The translations under genes and the position numbers were made by a program. A DNA stretch of 64,000 bases from NCBI RefSeq assembly GCF_963921235.1, contig NC_086097.1, positions 125,552,001 through 125,616,000 on the forward strand, in the 5' to 3' direction. Within the stretch, counting starts at the first letter, position 1. Every line of letters begins with the position of its first letter. The DNA is from Mobula hypostoma (taxonomy: Eukaryota). The notes below the pieces were generated by a model. It was not told where the DNA came from, did no database searches, and worked only from the letters and a program-made list of their open reading frames with translations. This document shows positions 35,893 through 49,735 of the stretch, piece after piece.

Positions 35893-37735
35893 GGGTTGGC
35901 ACAACATTGTGGGCCAAAGGGCCTGTACTGTGCTGTACTATTCTATGTTCTATGTACCTATTCTCCCTCTCAACCCCATTCTCCTGCCTACCCCCGTAAC
36001 CTTTAATCAAGAACCTATCAACCTCCACTTTCAATATACCCAATGACTTGGCCTCCAGGGCCATCTGTGGAACTGAATTCCTCGGCATCTCTGTTCTAAA
36101 GGAACATCCTTGTATTTTGAGGCTGTGCCTTCTGGTCCTATCCTCTCCATCTATCTAAGCCTTTCAATATTCAATAGGTTTCAATGAGATGTACTCCAGT
36201 GAGTACAGGGCCATGGCCTTCAAATGCTCCTCTTACTTTAACCTTTCAATCCTAGGATCAATCTCGTGAACCTCCCCTCGACCTTTCACTTAGTATACTC
36301 TTCTCTTCAAATATTTTTAATAAGGACGTCAGACTTAATATTCATCATTTTATTAAAAAAAAGGCTGCCTGCAGCTGATCAGCCTCATTCAAGGAACATC
36401 TTCATGGTAATTAGTATGCCTTAGCCTAATGCTCTGTGCACTGTTTTCTGGAGAGGATGACTATTAAACGAACAAATGAGCTTAATTTAACTCCTCTTTA
36501 TTGATGAATACATTGGACATTATTATCTTTCTTGGAAGTACCTACTTAAAAATTAATGATTTCCTCATCAATATCACCTTTTGAAAAAGTGCTTGTAATG
36601 ACAGAAATACTTTGATTCCCAAGGGTAGCCTGATAGTGTAGCGGTTATCACAAACGCTTTACATTGCCAACTGCATGATCGGAGTTCAGTTCCCTGTGCT
36701 GTCTCTCCGTGAGCGTGCGCATGTGGTTTTCCAGCTTCCTCCCACATTCCAAAGATGTGTGGTTAGGGTTAGTGATTTGTGGGCATGCTGTGCTGACGTC
36801 AGAAGCGTGGCAACACTTGCAGGATGCTCAGCACAAACCTCACTAATTTGATTTGACACAAACAATGCATTTCACTGTAAGTTTCAATGCACCTGTGACA
36901 AATAAAGCTAACCTTTAACATTTAACCTTAATGCTCTCTAGTTTTGGACTTTCCAACCTGGGGAAAAGACTTTGACTATTCATCTTATGTTGATAAAATG
37001 AACTTTTGCAAATAACTCCTTTGAGTTCTCTGGCTTTTTTAAAATTGTACATGGATGTGAATGCTACCGGCCCAAAACATCGACAGTTTATTTCCCTTCT
37101 GTACGCTGCTGAATTCTTCCAGAACTTTGTGAGTGTTGATCAAATTAATGCCAGGTCAGTTTGATGCAAAGCAACTCATTTCACTGGATGTTTCGATGTA
37201 CATGTGACAAATAGAGCTAACCTTTCTCTTGAGAGAACTTGCGGAAAGGGATTATCATTGGTTAATAAAGTTTAAACATTATGTTTTGCTAAGGGACATA
37301 AAGAGATTCGGCCCTACTTGTTAAAATAGAATTTTAATGAGGTTAAAGAGTAATGATAGCTGGGAGTACAAATACACATGTTACTAAAACTAATAAAGAG
37401 GGATAATGATATCTTCAAAAATCAATTCATAAGAGCTTATTTTTAGAGGGATCAATTAAAAATTTGGATGTTATGCTCATTTTTATGAATCCTCCTTCAG
37501 GTCACATTTTGGAGTAGTTTATGCTGTCAGTTAATCAGATCACATTTAGGGGCATGGAGGCACTGAAAAGGCCTTCTAAATGAAGGGCACCACAATTATT
37601 CCAGTAATCAGCAAGAAGTGAACAGCCTGGGACAGAGGGAAGATAACCTACCAGGCTATTTTAAAGTTACTGACGGTTTTAACAGCAAGAACAAAGACAA
37701 TGCAGAGAAAAGCGAAACTAAGAGTCTTCAACATG

Positions 37736-38307
37736 CAATCAGCGGCCAGTCTGTTAGGTACCTCCTGTATCTAATAAAGTGGCTCTGGGTTTATATTTGC
37801 AATATTCTGCTACAATAGCCCATTCACTTCAAGGTTCTATGTGTTGTGCTTTCAGAGATGCACTTTTGCACGGCACTGTTATAATGCATGGTTATCTGAG
37901 TTACTGTCGCCTTCATGTCACCTTGAACCAGTCTGACCATTCTCCTCTGACTTCTCTCATTAACAAGTATTTTCACCCACATACTACCACTCCCTGGATT
38001 TTTGTTTTTTTGTCTTTTGCACCATTCTCTGAAAACATTAGAGACCGTTGTATGTGAAAACCTCAGGAGAATAGCAGTTTCTGAGATACTCAAAGCATCC
38101 CGTCTGGCACCAACAATCATTCCACGATTAAAGTCACTTAGATCATATTTCTTCCCTCAATTTGATGTTTTGTCTGGACAACAACTGAACCTCTTGATCG
38201 TGTTTGCATGTCTTTATGCATTGTGTTGCTGCAATATCACTGACAGATTAGATATTTGCTTTAACAAGCAGGTGTACAGGTGTACCTAATAAAGTGGCCA
38301 CTGAGTG
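37736..38307 (-). mobile_element. Tc1-like internal-deletion derivative (DNA-binding domain remnant only)
   Basis: Right TIR gtgtacctaataaagtggccactgagtg+TA, degenerate left TIR; ORF remnant MIVGARR..LSISETA.LL.FSHTTVS.VFREW...QRRM.RLV. Confidence 0.85.
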
Positions 38308-39224
38308 TACATTAAATGGTGGTACTTCATGCAGTTAGCTCCTGTTTCAACCTTGCTTTATCTGTGACCAAGTTGCAGTAGGGATCTGTGTGTCCTCAGG
38401 CATAAGACTGTCTATGCCAATAGCTACACAGTCTAACATTTGCAGAATATCTTGAGCCCCTCCACTTTAGGAAAGCCTACACTATAGGGAGACTCTGTGC
38501 CTACCGGTCCCTGTGGATGACATCTCTCTACTTAACTATGAAGCAACGGGGAGTTTGGGGTCAGGATAGAATTTCAGGACAGGGATGTGAGGGAGTTAGA
38601 GGTCAGGCTTCCGCTCCACACTCCACTTTTGAATAAATGCCATAGTATTCACATCCCATGATCAATAAAAGAAAAGCCAGAATAATCAAAATGGTTGTTT
38701 GCAAAAGTTAATTTTACCAACATAAGATGAATAGCCAAAGTCTTTACCCCTGGTTGGAGAGTCCAAAACTAGAGGGCATACAGATTAAAAATTTGCTTTA
38801 TTTGTCACATGTACGTCGAAACATACAGTGAAAAGCGTCGTTTGCATCAGATCAAACCCATGAGGATTGTGCTGAGCAGTTTGCAAGTGTCACCACATTT
38901 CCAGTGCCAACATAGCATGCCCACAGGTTACTAATCCCATCCGATCAGCTTTGGAATGTGGGAGTAAACCAGACCACCAGGAGGAAACTCACACGTCACA
39001 CTCCTCATAGGTAGCGGCAGGATTTGAACCCCAGTCTTACAGCTGGTGCTGAAAAACTTTACCCGAATGGCTATGCTACAGTGCATACCGTACTGCAAAG
39101 GTTTAAAGTGAGAGGGGAGAAATTTAAAAGAGACTTGGGGGGGAAACTTGTTCACACAGTATTCTGTATGAAACGAACTACCAGAGGAAGTGGTGGAGGT
39201 GGGTACAATTACATTTAGAAGGCA

Positions 39225-41085
39225 CAAACACAGACGCAAGTGAAGACCATGAAGGTATGGTCAAGGGAGGTGCAAGAGTGCTTACAGGACTGTTTTGAAT
39301 TGGTGGACTGGACAATATTCAGGATTCAACTTCAAATCTGAATGAATATGCCACCGTTGTGACCAACTTCATAGAGACCCATTTAAATGAGTGTGTGACT
39401 TTGAAAACATACGGGACATGCCCAAACCAAAAGCCGTGGATGAACCAGGAGATTCGTAGTCTATTGAGGTCTAACTTTATGACATTCAATTCCAGTGATC
39501 AAGAACTATACCAGAAATCTAGGTACAACCTACAGAAGGCTAGTTTAAGAGTGGAAAAAAACTGTTTTGATTGAAGTCAGAGATGGAATTGGATGCAGTT
39601 CAGCTCTGGCAGGGTTTGCAGGTCATTACTTCCTACAAGGCAAAACCTGACATGATGAGTGGCTGAGATACCTCACTCCCAGACAAGCTCCACACCTTTT
39701 ATGTTCGCCTTGAAAGGGAGAATAGAACTACATCTATGTAAATCCTTGCAGCGTCTGGGGACCCTGTGATCTCTGACTTGTAGGCTGACATCAGAGTATC
39801 TTTCAAAAGGGTAAACCCTCGCAAGGTGTCAAGCTACAACTGCGTACCTGGTAGGGTACTGAAAACCCATGCCAACCAACTGGCGGGAGTATTCAAGGAC
39901 ATCTTCAATCTCTCACTACCGTGGAGGTTCCCACCTGCTTCAGAAGGGCGGCAATCATACCACTGCCTAAGAAGAGAAGGGTGAGCTGTCTCAACCATTA
40001 TCATCCAGTTGCACTCACGTCTTTTGTGATGAAATGCTTTGAGAGGTTGGTCATGGCTAGAATCAACTCTTGCCTAAGCAAGGACCTGAACCTGTTGCAA
40101 TTAACCTACAATCACAATACGCCTACAGCAGATGCAATCTCTCACTGGCTCTCCAGTCGGCCTTGGACCAACTGGACGACAGCAATATCTACACCAGGCT
40201 GCTGTTTCCTGATTACAGCTCTGTGTTCTACACTATCATTCCTTCAGTACTCATCAACAGACATGAGAAGGACTCTGCAGAGAGTCAACCCCCATAAGGC
40301 AGCCAGGCCAGACAACATTCCAGGTCAAGTACTCAGGGATTGTGCACACCAGCTCACTGATATCTTCATGGACATCTTCAACACTTCGCTCATCCAGGCT
40401 GCTGTCCCCACATGCTTCAATTCAGCCACCATCATCCCTGCACCAAAGAACTAAACGACACTGAAGCCAATCATCACAAAGTGCTTCGAATGGCTGGTAA
40501 TGGCACATATCAAAATCTCCATTCCTACCACACTGGGCACGCACCAATATGCTTACCAACAGAACCACTCTACAACTGATGCCATAGCATCTGTCATGTC
40601 TTTGGCCCTGACTCACCTGGAAAACAAGGACACATGTCAGAATGCTGCTTCTGGATTTCAGTTCGGCATTCAAAACTATTGTCCCACAGACCTTGGCGAA
40701 CAAACTTCTACCCCTCGGTCTAACTACAGCACTGTGAAACTGGGTGTGGACTTCCTAACCTACTGACCTCAGACAGCCAGGATACACAACTGCTCCTCCC
40801 TCATCATCATCCTCAACACGGTGACCCCACCCCCAGAGGATGTGTACGAAGCCCACTGCTGTACACGCTGCTCACACACGACTGCACATCCAAACACCCC
40901 AGTGATCACATTGTCAAGTTCACCAATGACACGACAGTGGTGGGGCTCATCACCATCAACAACAAGATGGCCAACAGAGAGGAGGCGGAAGAGCTCAAGG
41001 CCTAGTGTCAGAGAAATAGCCTCTTCCTCAATGTCAACAAGACAAAGGAGATGGTTATCGACTTTAGAAAAACTTGCACCATAGA
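39225..41085 (+). mobile_element. Two tandem decayed Rex1/Babar RT fragments (~39225-40255, ~40260-41085)
   Basis: NQKPWMN, VPTCF..A.IIP.PK, YHPVALTS.VMKCFERLV; the VNP.KA/VPTCF block occurs twice. Confidence 0.85.
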
Positions 41086-42272
41086 CTCCTCATCTATGAA
41101 GTAACAGTCATAGAGTTATGGAGCTCTACATCAGACAGACAGGCCCTCAGCCCAACTAATCCATGCTAACCAAGTTGTCTAACTGAACTAGTCCCAGCTG
41201 TCTGAGTTTGGCCCATATCCCTCTCAGCCTTTAACTTTCAGCAGAGAACTTAATTACCATTTCTAATACAAATAGTGAGATTCCTTAACTTTGACTGAGA
41301 AATGAAGTCAAACTGCAATACTTCTGGGAATTAAGTCCTTCTGCAGTTCACAGCCGTTTTACAGCTCACAGAGTTACGTGACTTTTCCCCAGTGACGTTG
41401 ACAGGCCATGAACTCGGTTACACTTTATACAGAAAATCGTAGTCTGAAAAGATGTTTCAAATAGATCTAGACAAATACATTGAGTTCAATGGAAACGAAC
41501 GTGCAGAGGCCCACACAATTAGCAGCCAACATACTTGTAAGTATGCAGCACAGAGCGCCAAGTGAAATTTCTTCCCTGTTATCCTTTGGCTCTAACATTT
41601 TCAAAGTACAAAGTTCAAACAAACTTAATATCAAAATACGTACATGTCATCTTGCCAGCCTTCACAGTCGAACAAAGAAATACAATAGCACTAAAAAAAT
41701 TACACAAAAGGACTGACAAATAAACAATGTTTAAAAGAAGAGTAATGGTGCAATACAATAAAAACAAATAATAAATACATAGGTAGTCGATTAATTAATG
41801 AATTAATTAGTACCAAGAGCAAGAGTCCTTGGAAGTGAATGGGTAAGTTATGGAATCATTTCTGTACTGAAATGAGTAAAGTTATCCACACAGGCTCAGG
41901 AGTCCGATGGCTGTAGGATAGTCATTGTTCCTGAACATAATGGTGTGGGACGTATGGTTCCTGTACCACCTTCCTGATGGCAGCAGCAAGAAAAGAGTAA
42001 GGGCTGTGTGTGGTAGATCTTTAGATGCAGGAATGCAGATGTAAGCAATTTTTTTTAAGAGAGGACACAAATACAGTGTTTCAGGTATTATTTTCAGTAT
42101 TTACAAGTTTGTTAGGTCTTGCACCTTGAGATGTTGCTCACACAGGGGAATGCCTGCAAATACTCCCCCGAAGGCATCACTATTCCTTGGAGGAAGACAT
42201 GGGCTAGTGAGCAAGGGGTCCTGGCCTATTCTGCACTCTCCAGCACTGGACCCAAATGAGCACGTTCCTTAC

Positions 42273-42405
42273 CTTGTGCAGAGTGAGTTCTCCAACCCTT
42301 GTCAACATAGCGAAGCCATCAAGTCCATTTTGGTGCTGATGAAAGCACCAAATTGTAGGCAAATATTGTCATTCAAAACTATGGCACAGGTACATGTCTT
42401 TTGTG
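42273..42405 (-). pseudogene. Frameshifted exon-like segment, RGS domain start (SNX13-like)
   Basis: Donor CAAG|gtaagg at 42273; encodes KTCT/VP*..VLNDNICLQFGAF then (1-nt shift) QHQNGLDGFAMLTRV vs recalled SNX13 KLCTVPLDSILVDNVALQFFMDYMQQTGGQAHLFFWMTV. Confidence 0.55.
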
Positions 42406-42462
42406 AAAGCAACAACAAACAAATCTTTGCTCTAAATACTGTGAAGGTTTTCAAAATTATGT

Positions 42463-42765
42463 TGGTGTGTGGCCAAGTGGTTAAGGCGTCGGTCTAGTGA
42501 TCTGAAGGTCGCCAGTTTGAGCCTCAGCTGAGGCAGCGTGTTGTGTCCTTGAGTAAGGCACTTAACCACACATTGCTCTGTGACGACACCGGTGCCAAGC
42601 TGTATCGGCCCTAGTGCCCTTCCCTTCGACAACATCGGTGGCGTGGTGAGGGGAGACTTGCAGCATGGGCAACTGCCGGTCTTCCATACAACCTTGCCCA
42701 GGTCTGCACCCTAGGAACCTTCCAAGGCGGAAATCCATGGTCTCACGAGACTAACGGATGCCTAT
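42463..42765 (+). mobile_element. tRNA-derived SINE with Meta-like core
   Basis: A box TGGCCAAGTGG, B box GTTTGAGCC, core TGTTGTGTCCTTGAGTAAGGCACTTAACC; many CpGs retained. Confidence 0.75.
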
Positions 42766-43605
42766 TTATTTTTCAAAATCATAGTTCTTTTGAACTTTTT
42801 ATCAACCCAGCACTATGAGGGGAATACTTCACTCCAAAATAAATACATTATTTTCAATTTCAGAGATGGCAGATACAGCAAGGTTCTCGGCCCTTATTGC
42901 CCCAATGGGCTGATGTCACACAATGAAAGTCATGTGACCAATTAACCTACTAACCCATACATCTTTTGAAATGTGGGAGGAAACCCACACAGTAACTGGG
43001 AGAACGAACAGACTCCTTACAGACAGCAGTGGAACTGAGCCCGGGTCACTAATGTTGTAAAGCGTGATGCTAACAGCTGCGGTACCACGCCACCCCCAGA
43101 AGATTTGTTTTATTTGTTACACGTACATTGCAACATACAGTGAAACGCATCGTTTCACATCAACAACCAACACAGTCCAAGGACATGCTGGGGGCAGCCT
43201 GCAAAAGTCAGCATGCTCCCAGCACCAACATAGCATGCTGACAATTTACTCATCCTCGCCCGTATGTCTTTGGAATGTGGGAGGAAACCTGAGTACCTGG
43301 AGGAAACCCACACAGTAATGGGAGAACGTAGAAACTCCCTTCAGACAGCAGCGGGAATGAAACCCTGATGCTGGAATGCGTCACACTAACCGTCACACTA
43401 CCTTGCCAGTTTGCAACAAATAGAAAGTCAAACTAGCAAATATAACCATTTTTAAGTACATAATTTGTCTTCTCAAAAGTATAAGTGTGGTAACTGTAAA
43501 TATTAAACATACCAGCAAGATATAGTGGCAACATAACATAAACAAAAGACAAAAAATCTGTCTTGTTTAGAATATGACGATACTCCCTACTGGCACTGTG
43601 CATCA

Positions 43606-43700
43606 TCTGATTGGATCACTTACCCTAGCAACCTGCAGTCTGATTGGATCACTTCACTCAAACAACCCACAGTCTGATTGGATCACTCCACAGCAACCCA
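43606..43700. repeat. Three 33-34-bp units each starting TCTGATTGGATCACT (inverted CCAAT boxes)
   Basis: 15-mer at 43606, 43639 and 43673. Confidence 0.9.
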
Positions 43701-45939
43701 AGTCCACCACAGATGGAAAACACACATTTCTGAACTATCAATGAATCATAGCTTTGTAAACAGAGCGAGTTGAATTAGTCCTCCCTAACATCCTTAGTTA
43801 AATGTAAGGGAACCGCAACTGGAGCTGCTCCTTTTCCATTACCCTGTACATTTTTGTTTTATGAAGTTGACCGCTCAAGTTAGGGGGTCCACTTTCTTTA
43901 AAGATATTCAGTCTCCAGGCACAAGAAAGGTGACAGCTGCCTCTCAGTTAGTTGCATTGCTGTCTTCCATAAGACATACATATAGGATCAGAATTAGTCC
44001 ATTCAACCCATTGGGTCTACTCCACCATTCCATCCTAGCTAATTTATTATCCCCCGCAGTCCCAATCTCCCGATCTAAAGGGACTTCCCATTATTCTGAA
44101 GCTGTGTGCTCTGGTCCAAGACTTCCTCACTACAGGAAACATCCACGCCATATTTCAGTATTCGATGGTCAGAGTTTTAAAAAAGTTCAAAGTTCAAAGT
44201 AAAATTTATTATCAGAGTACATACATGTCACCACATACAACCCTGAGATTCTTCTTCTGCGAGCATACTTAGCAAATCTATAGAAGGTTAACGGTAAACA
44301 GGATCAATGGACAACAAGCTGTAGAAATGCAGGTATAAATAAATAGCAATAAGTAACGAGCATGAAATAACAATATAACAGAGTCCTTAAATGAGTGTAG
44401 TTATCCCCTTCATTGAAGTTTCAATGGGATCCCCCTCATTCTTCTAAACTCCAGAGAGTACAGGCCCAGAGCCATCCAACTTGCCTCTTACATTAACCCT
44501 TTCATTCCCAGAATCATTCGCATGAGCCTCCACTAGACTGTCTCCAATAGCAACACATCCTTTCTCAGATAAAGCCCACCCTCCCAACCTCACTTCCACC
44601 CTTCACTCATTGAAACTTTTAGCCCTCGAATTAACTGATACATTCGGGCAAATTGTGAAATGCTGTTGTTCTAAATGCAAAGGCACCAGTGAACAGAGAA
44701 AAAAGAAGTGGGGGAGGGGGTAATCCCAGCCTCTTCTACAGGATGACTGCTATCACTTCAATCATTTACATAAACTAACTGTATCAGAGGGAAGTCTCTG
44801 GATGAGTTTACAACAGCAACAGTTCTGAATGGGCTGAAAGCAGGGGAAGTGGGTGATTCTTTCAATCATTCCATTCTCATTCAGTCAGGACACTATGGGA
44901 TTCTTGGCAGATCGCAAAAATATGGATGCCCCATTTGCCGAGGAGTTCCATCACTGTGACCACAAGCCATTCTGAAAACAGCAATATATGGGCACCAAAC
45001 TTCCCCAAGCCCTTCGCTACAAACTTATCAAACTATGTTTGACAGTGCACCTCACTGGAGGATATGGGGAGGTGATTAAAACACGGTCAAGTTGTAAAGA
45101 GAGCTGCAAGAGATAGAGAGCAGCAATTTTGTTCAGGGAGGAAGAGCTTACTGCCTAGGCAGCTGAAAGCACAGTCTCTGTTTTATTTTGCTTCTGTTGA
45201 AAGAACTATCTTCTCATCGCTACCATCAACGATATGGTACAGGAGCCTGAAGACACACACTCAATGTTTCAGGAACAGCTTCTTCCCCTCCACCATCAAA
45301 TTTCTGAATGAACAATGAACATGAACACGACCTCAGTAATTTCCCCCTCTCTTTCTGCACTACTTAATTAATTTATTTTAATATACTCATTTTATACTTA
45401 TATAATTTATTTTATATTCACACTGTAATTTATAGTTTTCATTATTATGTCTTGCACTGCACTGCTGCCGCAAAACAACAAACTTCATGACATATGCCAG
45501 TACTATTAAGCCTGATTCTGATTCAGTTAGTCCCACTCTCTTGTCCTTTCCCCAAAGTTGCAACGTTTTCCTTTTAAGTGTAGAGTTTATTCAATTCCCA
45601 AGCAATGCAACCGACATCACAATTCATTCCATCCAGAAAAAGCAATTTCCTGCCCTTTCCCCACCAATGACTTTTCCATCAATTATTACCGATAACTACA
45701 GCGTGGATTTGAGACTCAGAACAAGAATGAGCAGAAATACATAGGCTGACACCGACGGAAAAGCCCACAACTATTTGAATGATGTGTTAAGATCATAAGG
45801 CATACGAGCAGAATTAGGCCATTCGGCCTATCGAATCTGCTCTGCCATTCTATCATGGCTGAGTTAATATCCCTTTCAACCCCATTCTCCTACCTTCTCA
45901 CTGTAACCCTGGACACCCTTACTAATCAAGAACCTACCA

Positions 45940-46195
45940 TACCCCAGGCCGCGTCTGTGCTCAACTGAACATAAAAGCACCATTTGCCCCGTTTCGAAGA
46001 TCAGCAAGTCGTTTGTCCCTTGATGCCCTGGCCAGTAATTGCCTCTTGTTTAATATTACAGGGAAAAATACAGTATCTTCTTATTGTCATATTGATGTTT
46101 GTGGGATCTTGTTCTGCTCAGATCACCTCAACAAGAACAACTATATTTCAGAATTATTCCTCTAGCTCTTAAGTGATTTGGGATGTCCTGCAAAG
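45940..46195 (+). mobile_element. Ancient DeuSINE (SacSINE1-like) remnant
   Basis: Degenerate Deu-domain blocks ttcgaaga..agca, ccctggcca.taatt, tgtttgtgggatcttg, tttgggatgtcctg (from memory of the family). Confidence 0.55.
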
Positions 46196-49100
46196 AACAT
46201 TTCAGTATTTAAGAAAAGTTTGAATAAGTAGACAGATGGAGGAAGTTATGGAGGGCTATGGTCCAGGTGCAGGTCGATGGAACTAGGCAGAATATTAGTT
46301 CAGCATGGACTGGATAGGCCAAAGGTCCTGTGTCTGTGGTTTAGTGCTCTATATTTCTAGGGAATGAAGGACAGAGAGAACTTTGGGAGGGAGAAGGAAA
46401 AAAAGGAAAGATTAAGGGTGAAAGGTAAAATGTTTAAGAGGAACATGAGAATGGAACTTCGTCACTCAGAGGTGGTGAGAGCCTGTTACGAGCTACCTGC
46501 AGAAGTAATAGGTGCAGGTTCCATTTCAGCAGTTAAGAGAAGTTAGGATAAGTACATGTATGGGAGGGAATGGAGGGCTATGGACCATGAGTGGGTTGAG
46601 GGCCCTAGGCAGAATAATAGTTTGGTACAGACTAGATGGGCTGAAGGGCCTGTTTCTGTGCTGTGGTGTTTCATAACTCTTTGAATAAGTTCAGTGCTAT
46701 ATAACTGGAAAATCACCTCATAAGAGAAACATGTGAATGCTTACAAAGCTCATATATGGACTAATCAAGCAACCATCTTCCACACAGTCCTCTGTTGAAT
46801 CCGGTTTAGATGGGAATCTGATTTGAACCGTACACTTCCTACAGGTGGAGGGATGCTAGAATGATCAATTCCAAATTGGACTGAGCTGAGTATGTAGCAC
46901 TTCTTGTTTTGACAGCTACTTAATGCAATTTCTTTTTAATGGTAATCTTGGCTAAGGATACAATGGATAACATGACACAGATATAACAATGATAAATTTG
47001 ATATTCAGTGGACTTAAAATAACCTCTCTGAAGAGAATGAAACAGGAGTAAAAATATATATATATTTGGGACATGAAACGCTTCAATCCAGTACCCCTGG
47101 GACCTGACTGGTGCTAACCACAAAAAAATCCAAATAACAGAGATTGTCCACAATCAATATCCTCTGAACAGAAGAATTGTTCTTTTTAAGTAAAAACACT
47201 CTCCAGGTCATGTAAGAGGTTCAAGATTTGTTCATAACCCCAAGTCAGAAATGCTGTTGACTGAGATTGCAAAGGTTACCTTGGTAGGCAAATTGAGTAC
47301 AGATATTTGCTAATTTAAGATCTTAGCTAGATTTGTACAGTGGACTTAAAACATGCCAAACCACAGGAGTTCTGCAGTTCAAACCACTTCTCAGCCCGGC
47401 TCTGAATCCTGACAATGTTCCACTGTAACCCTCAACAACCTTCTGCGCTCTCCACAACCTCACCAACCTTCATATCATTCCAACATCCCAACTCCTGCAT
47501 TCGGTACTGACTGATGAAGGCCAGAGCATCAAAAGCATTCGTCTCTTCCCTGATTACCTGCAGCACCATCTTGCTTCACCCAGTCCCTGTCTTGATCTCA
47601 CAAAGTTGTGCAGTACCACTCCTCACTTTATTTATTTTATTTACTTTACACTGTATTGTCGCCAAACAATTGATACTAGAGCGTACAATCATCACAGCGA
47701 TATTTGATTCTGCACTTTGCGCTCCCTGGATTACAAATCGATAGTAAATATTAAAAATTTAAATTATGAATCATAAATAGAAAAATAGAAAAGGGAAAGT
47801 AAGGCACTGCAAAAAAAACCGAGAGGAAGGTCAGGATATTTGGAGGGTACGGCCCAGATTCGGGTCATGGTCCTTTCAGCAGTCTTATCACAGTTGGAAA
47901 GAAGCTGTTCCCAAATCTGGCCGTACGAGTCTTCAAGCTCCTGAGCTTTCTCCCAGAGGGAAGAAGGACGAAAAGTGTGTACTAGTACTAGTTTGAAGAT
48001 TAACATCTTTAAGTTGAAGTGAACACTCTACAACTGTTGTGCCTTTCCATAAAACGTTGCAAAAACCTAATGATAGGGTGTATCAGGTGTTGAGTGCTCA
48101 TACTAGTCGCCCACTAATCCTGGGGCATCACCACCTATTCCCATTAAAATCCAGGCTGACTGAGTGATTAAGGACTAGCTACCGGAAGAGGGAGAGGGGA
48201 AGAAGAGCCCTCAGCAACCAATCATTCCCTACAATATTAATCTTTTGTCTCTTGACAGTCACCAAGTAATCTGCTGGATTTTCACCACTGGCTCTTTAAG
48301 TTCTTAGATCACAGCTGATAAATATTTATTGCTGTAAAATTTATTGGAAATTACTCAGAAAATAGTAAAGATTTATTTGTCACATGTACATCGAAACTTA
48401 CAGTGAGATGTGTTGTTTGCATCAAATCGAAACAGTGAGGATTGTGTTGGGGCAGCCCGCAAGTGTCACCACACTTCAGCACCAACATTGCATGCCCACA
48501 GCTCAAAGCCCTAACCCGTACATCTTTGGAATGTGGGAGCAGTCGGAGGAATCTCACACAGGCATGAGGGGAATGCTCAAACAGTGGTAGGAATAAACCC
48601 CCTAATCTTACAGCTGGCACTGTAACAGCATTACGCTCACTGCTATGCTACCATACCACTTCATCAAGTACACCTCTCTGATAAAAGACAAAACTGCCAA
48701 CAGTTAGGCTTGCTAAGATCATTAAAACCATTAAGTATACATTCATTCAGTCCTTTTTTCCCTCTTATCAGTAGAAGTAACGTAGGTTTACCATATGTAG
48801 ATACCAGTTCATTACACTAAGCTTAAGCCTATATGTTTAATCTTCATTAGTAGCAACATTTATTATAAGTGCAAGTGTAATTTCACAACTCAGCACAGAT
48901 TATTCAGGATGTTTCATTTCCAAATTTGTTCCAACCACAGACCGTAAGAGCAAAAGACAATGGAGCAGAATTAGGCCATTTGGCCCATTGAGTCTGCTCT
49001 GCCATTCCACCATGGCTGATTTACTTTCCCTCTCAATCCCATTCTCCTGCTTTCTCCCTGTAACCTTGGACACCCTAACTAATCACAAACCTATCAACCT

Positions 49101-49418
49101 CCACTTTAAATATAACCAATGACTTGGCTTCCTCAGCCATCTGTGGAAATGAATTCCACAGAATCACCATGATCTGGCTAAAGAAATTCCTCCTCATCTC
49201 TGTTCTAAAGGGACAGTGCTCTCTGCTCCTATATTACCCCACTACAGGAAGCAGTCTCTCCACGTCCACTCTATTTTGGCCTTTCTAGGTTACCTATCAC
49301 CACAATAAATGATTAAATTACCCCCAATATATAAACCTACCAACCACATGTTGCATTTTCTGCATAAAAGTTACTATAGTGGCAAAACTAAACCAAAACC
49401 AAAACAAACCAATTGTCA

Positions 49419-49490
49419 AGCAACACACATAGAAGTTGCTGGTGAACGCAGCAGGCCAGGCAGCATCTATTGGAAGAGGTGCAGTCGACG
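49419..49490 (-). mobile_element. 72-bp PLE terminal fragment with 5-bp TSD inside BEL 3' LTR
   Basis: Nearly identical to 5741-5810; TGTCA at 49414-49418 and 49491-49495. Confidence 0.8.
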
Positions 49491-49735
49491 TGTCACTAGC
49501 CCGCCACCACTATGGATTTGTTATACTCGCATGGCGTACCTCCAGCTCCAATGATTGCTCCAAAAGATGAATCCTTTATTAGCAATTAGCAAACATACAA
49601 TCTTGCAGCGATGAACTTAATTGCGCCCGAGTGTAAGATAAACAATATTCAGTGATATTCAGCATTATCTCAGCAGTCAGCAAAAGATACAACCTACACC
49701 AGTCCTAAGCTACAAAATGCCATGCAATAAGCAAG

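Larger units (their letters stand above)
32133..35954 (+). mobile_element. Near-full-length CR1 LINE (5'-truncated in ORF1), nested in an older antisense CR1 tail
   Basis: ORF1 esterase, APE and RT domains in order; tail ttctatgttctatg; host fragment 32058-32132 resumes at 35955. Confidence 0.95.

Noticed and set aside
42463..42540. tRNA gene
   Set aside because: A and B boxes run into a SINE core and tail; no complete cloverleaf.
43606..43700. CRISPR-like repeat-spacer array
   Set aside because: Only three 15-bp repeats, spacers related to one another, eukaryotic context, no cas genes.
46930..47027. Additional SNX13-like PXA exon after a strong acceptor at 47028
   Set aside because: The peptide (REVILSPL...) matches too weakly and competes with the 47130-47330 candidate for the same protein region.
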